From the NCBI GenBank assembly GCA_964637345.1, contig CAZWTD010000004.1, forward strand, positions 1-63,055: 63,055 bases of DNA. The letters are read 5' to 3'. Position 1 is the stretch's first letter. Each line of letters opens with the position of its first letter. This document shows, in pieces, positions 13,610 through 24,654 of the stretch. This DNA is from an uncultured Gammaproteobacteria bacterium (GTDB lineage Bacteria > Patescibacteriota > Patescibacteriia > HK-STAS-PATE-3). A program made the translations under genes and the position numbers. The notes beneath the pieces are model-generated. The model worked only from the letters and a program-made list of their open reading frames with translations. It searched no databases and was not told where the DNA came from.

Positions 13610-13906
13610 ATGGCAAAACGTCTCTACGTTGGAAGCCTCCCCTACAGCGTCAACGACGATCAGCTCAAGGAGCACTTCTCCCAGGCTGGTACCGTTGAAT
13701 CGGCTTCGGTCATCATCGACCGAATGTCCGGACGCTCAAAGGGATTCGGCTTCGTCGAGATGTCGACTGACGAGGAAGCCCAGGCCGCCATTGATATGTT
13801 CAATGGTAAGGATTTCGATGGCCGGAACCTCGTTGTGAACGAAGCGCGCCCAATGACCGAACGACCCGCCCGTGGCGGCAACTTCGGTGGCAACGACCGC
13901 TACTAG
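13610..13906 (+). CDS. RRM RNA-binding protein
   Basis: RNP2 LYVGSL, RNP1 KGFGFVEM, and a Gly-rich tail. Confidence 0.95.
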   Translation: MAKRLYVGSLPYSVNDDQLKEHFSQAGTVESASVIIDRMSGRSKGFGFVEMSTDEEAQAAIDMFNGKDFDGRNLVVNEARPMTERPARGGNFGGNDRY

Positions 13907-13924
13907 TTCCCGACTACTCAACAA

Positions 13925-13950
13925 CAAAAGCGGCTCTTGAGCCGCTTTTG
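13925..13950 (+). terminator. Intrinsic terminator
   Basis: CAAAAGCGGCT/AGCCGCTTTTG stem. Confidence 0.75.
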
Positions 13951-14041
13951 TCTTTACCTTGACCAGAAAATCGAGCCCGACTAGACTGAAACCGTCCACT
14001 GGTACTATCAGTATCCGCTCTCTGAAAGGAGATTCGCGAAC

Positions 14042-14491
14042 GTGAAAGCACTCGTGCTGCTTGTTGTCGCGTGCGCCTCTTGCTTTCCCCTGACGGCTCG
14101 GGCTGTTCTCGACCGGATCGATATCGTTCCGGCCTCACCCAGTTCGACAGATACGATTCGCGTCTACGCAAGTGGCTGGCTGCCTGACGGCTGTTGGGAT
14201 TGGAACCGAAATTGGTCCTGCGTCCGCCAGCTCGACGATTCCCTCTTCGTGGGCATTCCAACTGTCGACCACTACGAGCCAGGCGGTCTCTGCCCAGAGG
14301 TACTGACTCGCTACGCAACTGTTTGCGAATTCACGCACCTCCCCGAGGGAATCTACACTCTGACAATCGTCGAGTGGCGGGAATCGCTGCGGACCCCAAA
14401 TCCCGACACCATCCGCACAGTTATCCGAGTTGTTCCCCCGGTCGCTAACCGATTAAGGACTTGGGGGAATCTCAAAACGCTCTTCCGGTGA
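14042..14491 (+). CDS. Secreted beta-rich protein with C-terminal TWGxLKxLFR tail
   Basis: AAAGGAG SD, GTG start, signal peptide ending ARA, and C-terminus RTWGNLKTLFR. Confidence 0.75.
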   Translation: MKALVLLVVACASCFPLTARAVLDRIDIVPASPSSTDTIRVYASGWLPDGCWDWNRNWSCVRQLDDSLFVGIPTVDHYEPGGLCPEVLTRYATVCEFTHLPEGIYTLTIVEWRESLRTPNPDTIRTVIRVVPPVANRLRTWGNLKTLFR

Positions 14492-14509
14492 GCTGATTCG
14501 CTCACGCAC

Positions 14510-14545
14510 AAAGGACGCTTGCCCTAGGCAGCGTCCTTTCTTTTC
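14510..14545. terminator. Bidirectional terminator between convergent genes
   Basis: AAAGGACGCT/AGCGTCCTTT stem followed by CTTTT. Confidence 0.7.
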
Positions 14546-14556
14546 CATGCCTAATA

Positions 14557-14985
14557 TTATTCGATCGTTTCAAAGTCAACCGACCAGCGCCCCTCTTCCC
14601 CGCTCAGCTTGGCGAGGACAAGACGGACCTTGAGATTCGGGTGAAGACCGACAACGCGATCACGCGCTGCGCGCAAGTCAGTCTCGTAAGCAGCCCGTTC
14701 GGCTGCTTCATCAGCGAAGGCGGATCGTCCGCCGTAGGCGCCGCAATCCGTGTGAGCGATGAAAACAATTTCCTGAATACCGTGCAGCCGGGAGCTAATC
14801 TCAATCTGCTTTAAGACGACCGCTTGCTCGGCGTCTGATCCATGGACCAAGTCTTTCATCGCTCCCGCGAGCGACACGAGATCGTAGTCCCCACTCAATC
14901 CTTCAGCGACCGATCGTTCTCGGAGCGCAGTCTGAAGACGAAAATCCATACAATGAAGAACGAGGGCTTTGCAGGTATGAGCCAT
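14557..14985 (-). CDS. Beta-class carbonic anhydrase-like protein
   Basis: HCMDFR..SLAG and H-x-x-C (HTDCGAY) zinc motifs. ATG at 14985 is 11 nt after the atpC stop. Confidence 0.75.
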   Translation of the reverse strand: MAHTCKALVLHCMDFRLQTALRERSVAEGLSGDYDLVSLAGAMKDLVHGSDAEQAVVLKQIEISSRLHGIQEIVFIAHTDCGAYGGRSAFADEAAERAAYETDLRAARDRVVGLHPNLKVRLVLAKLSGEEGRWSVDFETIE

Positions 14986-14996
14986 AAGCGTTTGAA

Positions 14997-15449
14997 TTAC
15001 TGAATTGGATTCGGAGTATGTTCGTCGCTGACGCGTCGGCCCTTCCAACGGCGGACAGCGCGAAGACGGGCCAATTCGCGTTCAAGCGCAGCAGCCGCAG
15101 AAGCGAAGGATTCCTCACTCTGCCGATTTTCCATCGCAGCCTTTGCCCGTTCGCGAGCCTCTTCAGCGCGCGCTTCGTCAATTTCCTCGGCCCGCTCCGC
15201 CGTGTCCGCCAGGATCGTCACTTTCTGGCCATGCACTTCAACGAAGCCGCCGGAGGTCGCAATCACCTGTGGATCGCCCTGCGCGGTAACGAGATGGAGG
15301 ACGCCCGGAACGAGGACCGAAACAATCGGAATGTGATTCGGGAGAATCGTAATCTCGCCGGACTGAGTCGGGATGGAAACCTGACGAACCTCGGACGTGA
15401 AAACCGTCCGTTCCGGAGTGACAATTTCGAACTGGAAGCTTCCGGCCAT
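14997..15449 (-). CDS. atpC: ATP synthase F1 epsilon
   Basis: FEIVTPER, GEITILPNHIP, SGGFVEV. Confidence 0.95.
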   Translation of the reverse strand: MAGSFQFEIVTPERTVFTSEVRQVSIPTQSGEITILPNHIPIVSVLVPGVLHLVTAQGDPQVIATSGGFVEVHGQKVTILADTAERAEEIDEARAEEARERAKAAMENRQSEESFASAAAALERELARLRAVRRWKGRRVSDEHTPNPIQ

Positions 15450-15456
15450 AGAGATA

Positions 15457-16857
<1,401 letters not shown>

Positions 16858-17766
16858 TTATGAGGCGAGGGCGATCTTCGAGGCGGAAATCTCCGAAAGA
16901 TCTTTCGTGATTCCGGCTTGGCGGGCTTTATTGTATTCGAGCGTCAGTTCGTCGATAAGTTCAGTCGCGGCATCGCTCGCATTCCGCATCGCGAGCATTC
17001 GAGCCGCGTGCTCCGAGGCCGAGGCTTCGAGCAGGCCTTGGTAGAGCTGCATCTCAACGAGTCGAAGCAGCATCGCTTCAAGAACCGCGTCCGGCGACGG
17101 CTCGAAGAGGTATTCCTGAATGTCCGGCGTTTCAAGCTCCGTCATTGGCTCGGCTGCCGGACCGGACTCCGCCATCATTTCCTGGACTGACGCGCGCGAG
17201 ATCGGAAGAATCATCCGAGCCCGCGGCTTCTGGGCGAGCGGCGAAAGGTAGTCGGTCCCGATCAGCACGACGCGGTCGTAGGTCCCGTCGATGTACTGAT
17301 CAATCGCGATTCGAGAAATCGGCAGGACGTCGGCCAGGCTCGCCTGACGGCTGGGAACCGGCCAGCTCGCGACAACGTTCGCGCCAGCGCGAACGAGCGC
17401 CGCTTCGGCGCGCGCGCCCATCGTCACGACGTCAACCGGGGTTGAACCGAAACGCTTGATGACCTGAAGCACGGTTCGAACCAACTGGGTCGTTAATCCC
17501 CCGGCGAGACCGCGATCGGACGAATAGACAACAAGGAGCGCCCGCTTCAGGTCGCGCTTCGTGAGAAGCCGGTGGAGATTCGGGTCAGTCACATCCGACA
17601 GGTTGACGAGAATGTCCCAGGCGCGTACCGCATAGGCGCGCGTCGCGAGCGCAGCCTGAACAGCCCGCCGCATTTTTGATGCAGACACCAGCTCCATCGC
17701 CTTCGTAATCTTCTTCGTGCTGGCGATGCCTTTGATTCGTCGTTTGAGTTCGCGCGTCTGGGCCAT
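16858..17766 (-). CDS. atpG: ATP synthase F1 gamma
   Basis: KITKAMELVSASK, SDRGLAG, SEHAARMLAM, NKARQAGIT. Confidence 0.97.
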   Translation of the reverse strand: MAQTRELKRRIKGIASTKKITKAMELVSASKMRRAVQAALATRAYAVRAWDILVNLSDVTDPNLHRLLTKRDLKRALLVVYSSDRGLAGGLTTQLVRTVLQVIKRFGSTPVDVVTMGARAEAALVRAGANVVASWPVPSRQASLADVLPISRIAIDQYIDGTYDRVVLIGTDYLSPLAQKPRARMILPISRASVQEMMAESGPAAEPMTELETPDIQEYLFEPSPDAVLEAMLLRLVEMQLYQGLLEASASEHAARMLAMRNASDAATELIDELTLEYNKARQAGITKDLSEISASKIALAS

Positions 17767-17773
17767 GATACTC

Positions 17774-19272
<1,499 letters not shown>

Positions 19273-19276
<4 letters not shown>

Positions 19277-19701
19277 ACCGTGGCCTTCGTTCGTGAATGA
19301 ATAGAGGGAGACAAAGATGAGGAAAGCTGGACGCGGAGCCGGCGAAGCGCGGCAGTCACACTGCCATCGATTCGGGTGTCCCCGACCGTGAGGACGGCGC
19401 CGCCCTTGAGCGAGGGGTCAACCGTGTGGTCGACGACAACTGCGCCAATCTGCTCCTTCAACCCGTTCGCAATCGACTGAGCCGAGTGCGGCCGGGCGGT
19501 CGTGATCCGGACGCGGGTCGTCCCGGAGCGTTGGAGGGCGAGCTCTTCGGCCGCCGCGAGAATACGCGGGAGGAGCTTTCCGGCTTTCGCCCGGCGAAGC
19601 CGGACGAGTAAGCGTTCGAGGATGCGCTTCTGCTCTTCGGCGTTCGCGCCGTCGCAGGCGTCGAGGTAGGCTTCGGCGTATTGGCGAGGAGAAAGCTTCA
19701 T
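19273..19701 (-). CDS. atpH: ATP synthase delta
   Basis: Operon position, and [22 protein letters not shown]. Confidence 0.88.
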
Positions 19702-20195
19702 CGTTTCGCGGTGGTGAGCGCCTGCTTCACAAGCTCAAGATCTTTCGCGTCGGTAAGCTTTTCGTCGAGAACGCGGCCCGTAGCTTCAGCGACAATATCC
19801 GCGAGCTCGGTGCGGGCTTCGGTGATTACCTGCTCCTTCAGGGCGGCAACTTCTCCCTGGGTCCGCTCCACCAACGCTTGAATATCGGCCTTTGCCTCGT
19901 TCAGCATAGTGACGCGAAGCTGTTCCGCGTCCGCTCGAGCGCCGGCCATAATCGACTCGGCCTTCTTCTCGGCTTCCGCCATTTTCGCGGCGTAGGCGGC
20001 TTCGCTGTTCTTGAGGTTCTCATCAATCTTCTTCGCGTCTTCGAGCGACTGCTCAATCCGCTTCGAGCGGCGTTCGAGCGCGCCGAGAATCGGCTTGTAC
20101 GCGAATTTGTACAAGACAAAGAACAGGATGAAGAAATTGACGAGCTGCGCAATCAGGAGTTTGAAATCGATGCCGAGCTTCTCGAGGAGTTCCAT
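19698..20195 (-). CDS. atpF: ATP synthase Fo b
   Basis: AQLVNFFILFFVLYKFAYKP followed by a coiled coil. Confidence 0.93.
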   Translation of the reverse strand: MELLEKLGIDFKLLIAQLVNFFILFFVLYKFAYKPILGALERRSKRIEQSLEDAKKIDENLKNSEAAYAAKMAEAEKKAESIMAGARADAEQLRVTMLNEAKADIQALVERTQGEVAALKEQVITEARTELADIVAEATGRVLDEKLTDAKDLELVKQALTTAKR

Positions 20196-20225
20196 ACGTT
20201 GATAGTGTAGTTAGGCGTTCATTCC

Positions 20226-20280
20226 CCCGCCCCATCATTGCGAGCGCATGCGCGGCAATCTCGGGGCGGGATCGATGACA
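20226..20280. repeat. REP-like palindromic element (TCATTGCGAGC..GCAATCTC family) between atpE and atpF
   Basis: CCCGCCCC-ATCATTGCGAGC..GCAATCTC-GGGGCGGG, then ATGACA. A second copy is at 40656-40705. Confidence 0.75.
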
Positions 20281-20286
20281 GTCCGA

Positions 20287-20514
20287 CTAAACGAACTTGA
20301 TAATCAAAGCAATGACTAATGCGTAGATCGCGATCGCTTCTGCGAAAGCCATCGCAATAAGCATCGGGACCTGGATCTTTCCGGCGGCTTCCGGATTCCG
20401 GCCGATCGCTTCCATCGCTTTCGCGGCGAGCTTACCGATCGCGAGCGCGGGGATCATACCTCCGAGGGCGATCGTGAGCCCAGCGGCGATGAGTTTAATT
20501 GCTCCTTCTTCCAT
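20287..20514 (-). CDS. atpE: ATP synthase Fo c
   Basis: AIGRNPEA and AFAEAIAIY (proton-binding Glu). Confidence 0.96.
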   Translation of the reverse strand: MEEGAIKLIAAGLTIALGGMIPALAIGKLAAKAMEAIGRNPEAAGKIQVPMLIAMAFAEAIAIYALVIALIIKFV

Positions 20515-20595
20515 ACTGACGTTCCTTTCTTCTGGGTCTGGTCGACGAGTGATTGGAGTTTAACGTCGCCTTTCCCTTACTACGAATGAAATGAC

Positions 20596-20646
20596 TTAGT
20601 GAGGCTCAAGGGTCGCGATCCTGACGCGCTTCGCGCTCAGGATGGC
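20596..20646 (-). repeat. Degenerate tandem copy of the atpB 3' end containing a palindrome
   Basis: Encodes AILSAKRVRIATLEPH* versus atpB AILTLVFIKVATLEPH*. It contains ATCCTGACGCGCTTCGCGCTCAGGAT. Confidence 0.75.
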
Positions 20647-20650
20647 CTTA

Positions 20651-21388
20651 TTAGTGGGGTTCAAGGGTGGCCACCTTAATAAAGACTAAGGTGAGGATGG
20701 CGAAGACAAATCCCTGGATGAATCCAACGAATATTTCGAGGAAGTAAAACGGGAGCGGGACGATAAAGGGAATAAGGCTCGAGATAACGACGAGGAGAAC
20801 TTCCCCGGCGAAGACGTTCCCGAACAACCGGAAGGAGAAAGAGAGGATCTTCGAGATATCGGAAACGAACTCAAGGGCCCCGACGAAACCGAGGATGGGA
20901 TTCCGGAAGTTGATGAAGCGCTTCGAGTACTTCGCCGCGCCGATCGCGAGAATTCCGAAGACCTGCATCGCGACCACCGAAACGATGGCGAGCGCCAGCG
21001 TCACATTCAAATCGCTGTTCGTTGAACGGAAGAAGGGAACGAGGACTTCATGTCCCTCATGCTGCTCGTAGATCCCGATCGGACCGAAACCTGGAAAGAG
21101 CCCGAGCCAGTTCGCGGTTACGACGAAAAGAAAAATCGTCATGATGAGCGGAAAAAACTTCCGCGACTGCTTCCGGTCGCCGGTCACGCCGTCCATCATT
21201 CCAAGCAGGGCCTCGAAAATCGCCTCAACAACGTTCTGAATCCCCCGCGGGACCTCGCGGATGCTCTTTTTAAGCGTAATCGCCAGGATCGAAAGCAGCC
21301 CGATCGTGATCCAGGAGGTTAACAAGGTATTCGTAATCGGAAAGCTTCCGATGTGGAAAATGGGTTCTGCGGCGAGGGAAATCGTCAT
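20651..21388 (-). CDS. atpB: ATP synthase Fo a
   Basis: SFSFRLFGNVFAGE, FIQGFVFAILT. Confidence 0.96.
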   Translation of the reverse strand: MTISLAAEPIFHIGSFPITNTLLTSWITIGLLSILAITLKKSIREVPRGIQNVVEAIFEALLGMMDGVTGDRKQSRKFFPLIMTIFLFVVTANWLGLFPGFGPIGIYEQHEGHEVLVPFFRSTNSDLNVTLALAIVSVVAMQVFGILAIGAAKYSKRFINFRNPILGFVGALEFVSDISKILSFSFRLFGNVFAGEVLLVVISSLIPFIVPLPFYFLEIFVGFIQGFVFAILTLVFIKVATLEPH

Positions 21389-21675
21389 GAGTGAGGTTGG
21401 GCGTCAGTTTCGTCCGATGTCGTGGGCTTCGTTTGATCCGGAGCGTCGATCGTCCGCATGATCTTCAGGGCTTTCACGATGAGCGCAACCGATGAAATCG
21501 CGATCGAGACGACGACCCCGGCCACAAAGAGCCAAGGATGGGTCCCGAACTTCCGATCAAGGACGCGCCCGCCAATTCCGAAGAGAATGAGAGGGACAAC
21601 GATCGTATACCCGAACTGCCAGGCATAGCCGAGCGCTTGGTAGAGAGCCGCGCGTTGAGGCGAGTTCGAGGCCAT
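21385..21675 (-). CDS. AtpZ/AtpI-family ATP synthase accessory protein
   Basis: Two TM helices with GRVLDRKFGTHPW, first gene of the atp operon. Confidence 0.85.
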   Translation of the reverse strand: MASNSPQRAALYQALGYAWQFGYTIVVPLILFGIGGRVLDRKFGTHPWLFVAGVVVSIAISSVALIVKALKIMRTIDAPDQTKPTTSDETDAQPHS

Positions 21676-21737
21676 AGGATCGTCCGAAAAGACGAAAAAT
21701 ACTGAAAATACGACTTATCCACAAAAAGAACGCATCT

Positions 21738-21766
21738 AAAATACCTATATTTGACATATAAGTCAA
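21738..21766 (-). promoter_or_regulatory. Sigma70 promoter of the atp operon
   Basis: TTGACT-N17-TATTTT. The -35 is one arm of the palindrome TTGACATATAAGTCAA. Confidence 0.6.
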
Positions 21767-21834
21767 TCCTCGGCTTTTTCAGTTTTGCCCGTCCCCTGTT
21801 TCTTCAGGGCAGACTGCGCTAAAATGCTAGCGCT

Positions 21835-22875
21835 ATGGAAACCCTCCTCCTCGTCGTTATCATCATTCTCGCCGCAATTCTTGTGGCTGGCTTCGCTTAC
21901 CTAAGCCAAAAACTCGGGAAGCTGCAAAAACCGGCTGACGATCCCCAGTCGCTCCTCATGCTCAACCAGAACCTTCAAGGCCTCCAGACCCGCCTCGACG
22001 AGACGAGCCGCTCGATCCACCAGTCGATGCAGACCCAGTTCGGCCAGAGCGCCCAGATTATCAAAGATGTCACCGAACGGCTCACAAAACTCGACGAAAC
22101 GAACAAGCAAGTCCTCAACTTCTCCGGCCAGCTTCAAGGGCTTCAGGACCTCCTGAAAAACCCGAAGCAGCGCGGCGCAGTCGGCGAGTATTACCTCGAG
22201 ACCGTCCTGAAGAATGTCCTCCCGCCCGGGAGCTACGAGACGCAATACCGCTTTAACGACGGCGAGATCGTCGACGCGATTGTCCGGGTGAAGGACAAGA
22301 TCATCCCGATCGACGCGAAATTCTCCCTCGAGAATTATAATCGCCTCGTCGAGACGACCGATCCGGTCGAGCGCGAGCGCCTCGAGAAGGCGTTCGTGAA
22401 CGACCTGAAGCTCCGAATCCAGGAAACCGCGAAATACGTCCGCCCGGAAGAAGGGACGCTCGACTTCGCCTTTATGTTTATCCCCTCGGAAGCGATTTAC
22501 TACGACCTGCTCATCAATAAAGTCGGCGCTGTCAAAGAGAACACCGAGAACCTCATCCAGCGCGCCGGCGGGAAATACCGCGTCATCATCGTCTCCCCGA
22601 CCTCCTTCCTCGCCTACCTCCAGACCGTCCTCCAAGGACTTCGCGCGCTCCAGATCGAAGAGTCCGCGAAAGAGATCCGCAAGAACGTCGACGACCTCTC
22701 GCGCCACCTCCGCGCCTACGAGGAGTATCATACGAAACTCGGCGGCCATCTGAAAACGACCTTGAACGCCTACGTCGCGTCCGACGGCGAGTTCAGGAAA
22801 ATCAACAAAGACGTCCTGAAGATTTCGGACGCGCCCGCCTCCCCCGCCCTCCCGCCGACCAACGAAACCGAATAG
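21835..22875 (+). CDS. rmuC: DNA recombination protein RmuC
   Basis: N-terminal TM, coiled coil, KQRGAVGE, IPIDAKF, FAFMFIPSE, VSPTS. Confidence 0.92.
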   Translation: METLLLVVIIILAAILVAGFAYLSQKLGKLQKPADDPQSLLMLNQNLQGLQTRLDETSRSIHQSMQTQFGQSAQIIKDVTERLTKLDETNKQVLNFSGQLQGLQDLLKNPKQRGAVGEYYLETVLKNVLPPGSYETQYRFNDGEIVDAIVRVKDKIIPIDAKFSLENYNRLVETTDPVERERLEKAFVNDLKLRIQETAKYVRPEEGTLDFAFMFIPSEAIYYDLLINKVGAVKENTENLIQRAGGKYRVIIVSPTSFLAYLQTVLQGLRALQIEESAKEIRKNVDDLSRHLRAYEEYHTKLGGHLKTTLNAYVASDGEFRKINKDVLKISDAPASPALPPTNETE

Positions 22876-22884
22876 CCCTGTTCC

Positions 22885-22992
22885 TTATAACAGCTCCCCG
22901 CTCGCAAGGTGCTGACTAGCCTGCGAGTAGTTCGCATAAAACACCAAACATAACCTTTATGCGCAATTATTTCGCATAATAACGAGTTGTAC
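22885..22992 (+). other. Degenerate attC-like recombination site preceding cassette 1
   Basis: TTATAAC(22885) and ACATAAC(22948), hairpins CTCGCAAGG/CCTGCGAG and TTATGCG/CGCATAA, ending in GTTGTAC. Confidence 0.45.
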
Positions 22993-23949
22993 GAAAATTT
23001 GCCTCCCTCATTATCAGATAAGCGCGGCTATACCACCAAGATTACTAAACACCGAATGACCCACAAATACCACATGCTAAAGTTCGACGTATTAGCAAAT
23101 GTTATATCGGGTCTTTTTGGAATAACTACAAAAAATAAAAGTGTTTTTGAAATCCCATCTGATTTCTTACTCATGTTTGATTTACAGGTAGAATTTCAAC
23201 AATGGCCTGATAAATCTGAAAGAAATGAAAGAGTGCATCAATTAGCCTCGAGACTGATATTAGCATTTAACGATATAAATGAATCGATTGGTTCATTAAA
23301 CAGAAATCTTGTTTTGCTAAATAGTGACTTTAGTTTGGTTAGAGTAAAAAAGATTCCGATTCAAAAAGCATTACTGGAGAAAAGACTAGACCAAGTATTC
23401 CATGATGTAAGAGTTTCTAAAGGTCTCTCTAGTATAATTACGCCCCATATAAAAAGTTCTCTAACTCTTTTATTAAGATCATATGTTGATCGGGTTGCTG
23501 AGGACTGTAAAAAGGTGGTCGAAGTAATTTCTCCAAGAGGTAACCCTTTAGTTAAAAACCTCAACGTGCCTCCCGCATACTTGCAGCAAACCAACGAGGT
23601 GTTAGATCTATTTTACCTTGGGTACAAATCTACAAGCCTACTGGTCTTAGGAAAACTATTTGAGGGAATATTAACTCGCTACATTATTCGTCTTGTGCAA
23701 TCGAATAAAATTAATTTGAACATGTCGGCCCTTAGAGAGATGACGTTTGATAATAAACTTGGACTATTGTTTTCAAAAGGATTTGTTACAAGAAAAGATT
23801 ACTTGATTCTTGCTAAACTGATTTGGGATAGGAACATTGGTGGGCATTTTGTGAGCGAAAGAAAACGTAGGGAATCAGAAAAAGAGGCAGAGGCCACAAT
23901 TAAGTTAGTTATGCCCTTATTGAAGAAGTATGACACAAAACTGAAATGA
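22987..23949 (+). CDS. Cassette 1: protein with C-terminal HEPN/DUF4145-like domain
   Basis: AT-rich. LVLGKLFEGIL..DRNIGGH contains R-x4-H. Alternative ATG at 23056. Confidence 0.7.
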   Translation: MYENLPPSLSDKRGYTTKITKHRMTHKYHMLKFDVLANVISGLFGITTKNKSVFEIPSDFLLMFDLQVEFQQWPDKSERNERVHQLASRLILAFNDINESIGSLNRNLVLLNSDFSLVRVKKIPIQKALLEKRLDQVFHDVRVSKGLSSIITPHIKSSLTLLLRSYVDRVAEDCKKVVEVISPRGNPLVKNLNVPPAYLQQTNEVLDLFYLGYKSTSLLVLGKLFEGILTRYIIRLVQSNKINLNMSALREMTFDNKLGLLFSKGFVTRKDYLILAKLIWDRNIGGHFVSERKRRESEKEAEATIKLVMPLLKKYDTKLK

Positions 23950-23988
23950 TAGCCGCGCTTATCTTTATTAGACGATCGGCAAATCATC

Positions 23989-24045
23989 GTACAACAGCGT
24001 CTATACGACATAACGAGTACGTCGTATGAGACGCAAACGTTAGGT
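23989..24045 (+). other. attC site 1 (57 bp)
   Basis: GTACAAC-A-GCGTCT-ATACGAC..GTCGTAT-G-AGACGC-AAAC-GTTAGGT, including an extrahelical G. Confidence 0.9.
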
Positions 24046-24063
24046 GCCATTTCGTCTCATAAC

Positions 24064-24654
24064 ATGTTGAAAGCTACGCTCGATAGAAATTGCTTAATAA
24101 GCCTGAAGGAAAAAGACGGCGAGTTTGAAGAAATTCAGGAAATTATTGAATTACATAAAAAGAAAAGTGTTACCGTTTTTGTATGTGCCATAAGCGCTTC
24201 TGAATATCAGAGTGACGGTAGCATATCTCCTAAATATGATGATTTTACAAATTACCTAAAATCAATTGGCTGTGAAACTTTGGATGAGCTAGAACCCATG
24301 GCATATTGGGATATAGCTTATTGGGATCACGCTCTCTGGTCTGGGGATTCTATGAAAGAGTTTGAGAAAAAAATACACGAAATTCTTTTCCCAAATCTCG
24401 AATTCGAATATCAAACTTTTTGCAAAGCAAAAGGAATTGATCCTGATGCTAAACCATTAGATAAAAAATGGCTGAATGCAAAAGCCGACGTACAATCCAT
24501 CTGGTCTCACATCAATTCAGGGAATGATATATTTATTACGCAAGACAAAAACTATTTAAAGGATCAAAAACGGCAACTATTAGTAACGCTTGGCGCAAAG
24601 AATATCAACTCGCCGAAGGAGGCATTAGAAATCATCCGACGAAACGGCACCTAA
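24064..24654 (+). CDS. Cassette 2: PIN-domain-like protein
   Basis: TLDRNCL, SASE, KADVQ, DIFITQDKNY acidic pattern. The stop TAA lies within the inverse core ACCTAAC. Confidence 0.72.
   Translation: MLKATLDRNCLISLKEKDGEFEEIQEIIELHKKKSVTVFVCAISASEYQSDGSISPKYDDFTNYLKSIGCETLDELEPMAYWDIAYWDHALWSGDSMKEFEKKIHEILFPNLEFEYQTFCKAKGIDPDAKPLDKKWLNAKADVQSIWSHINSGNDIFITQDKNYLKDQKRQLLVTLGAKNINSPKEALEIIRRNGT

Noticed and set aside
13436-13675. 79-aa minus-strand ORF upstream of the helicase
   Set aside because: It overlaps the RRM gene, its promoter and its leader, so it is likely spurious.
21751-21766. Transcription-factor operator TTGAC-N6-GTCAA
   Set aside because: One arm is the atp -35 box, the spacing does not fit the FNR/CRP N4 pattern, and there is no second copy.
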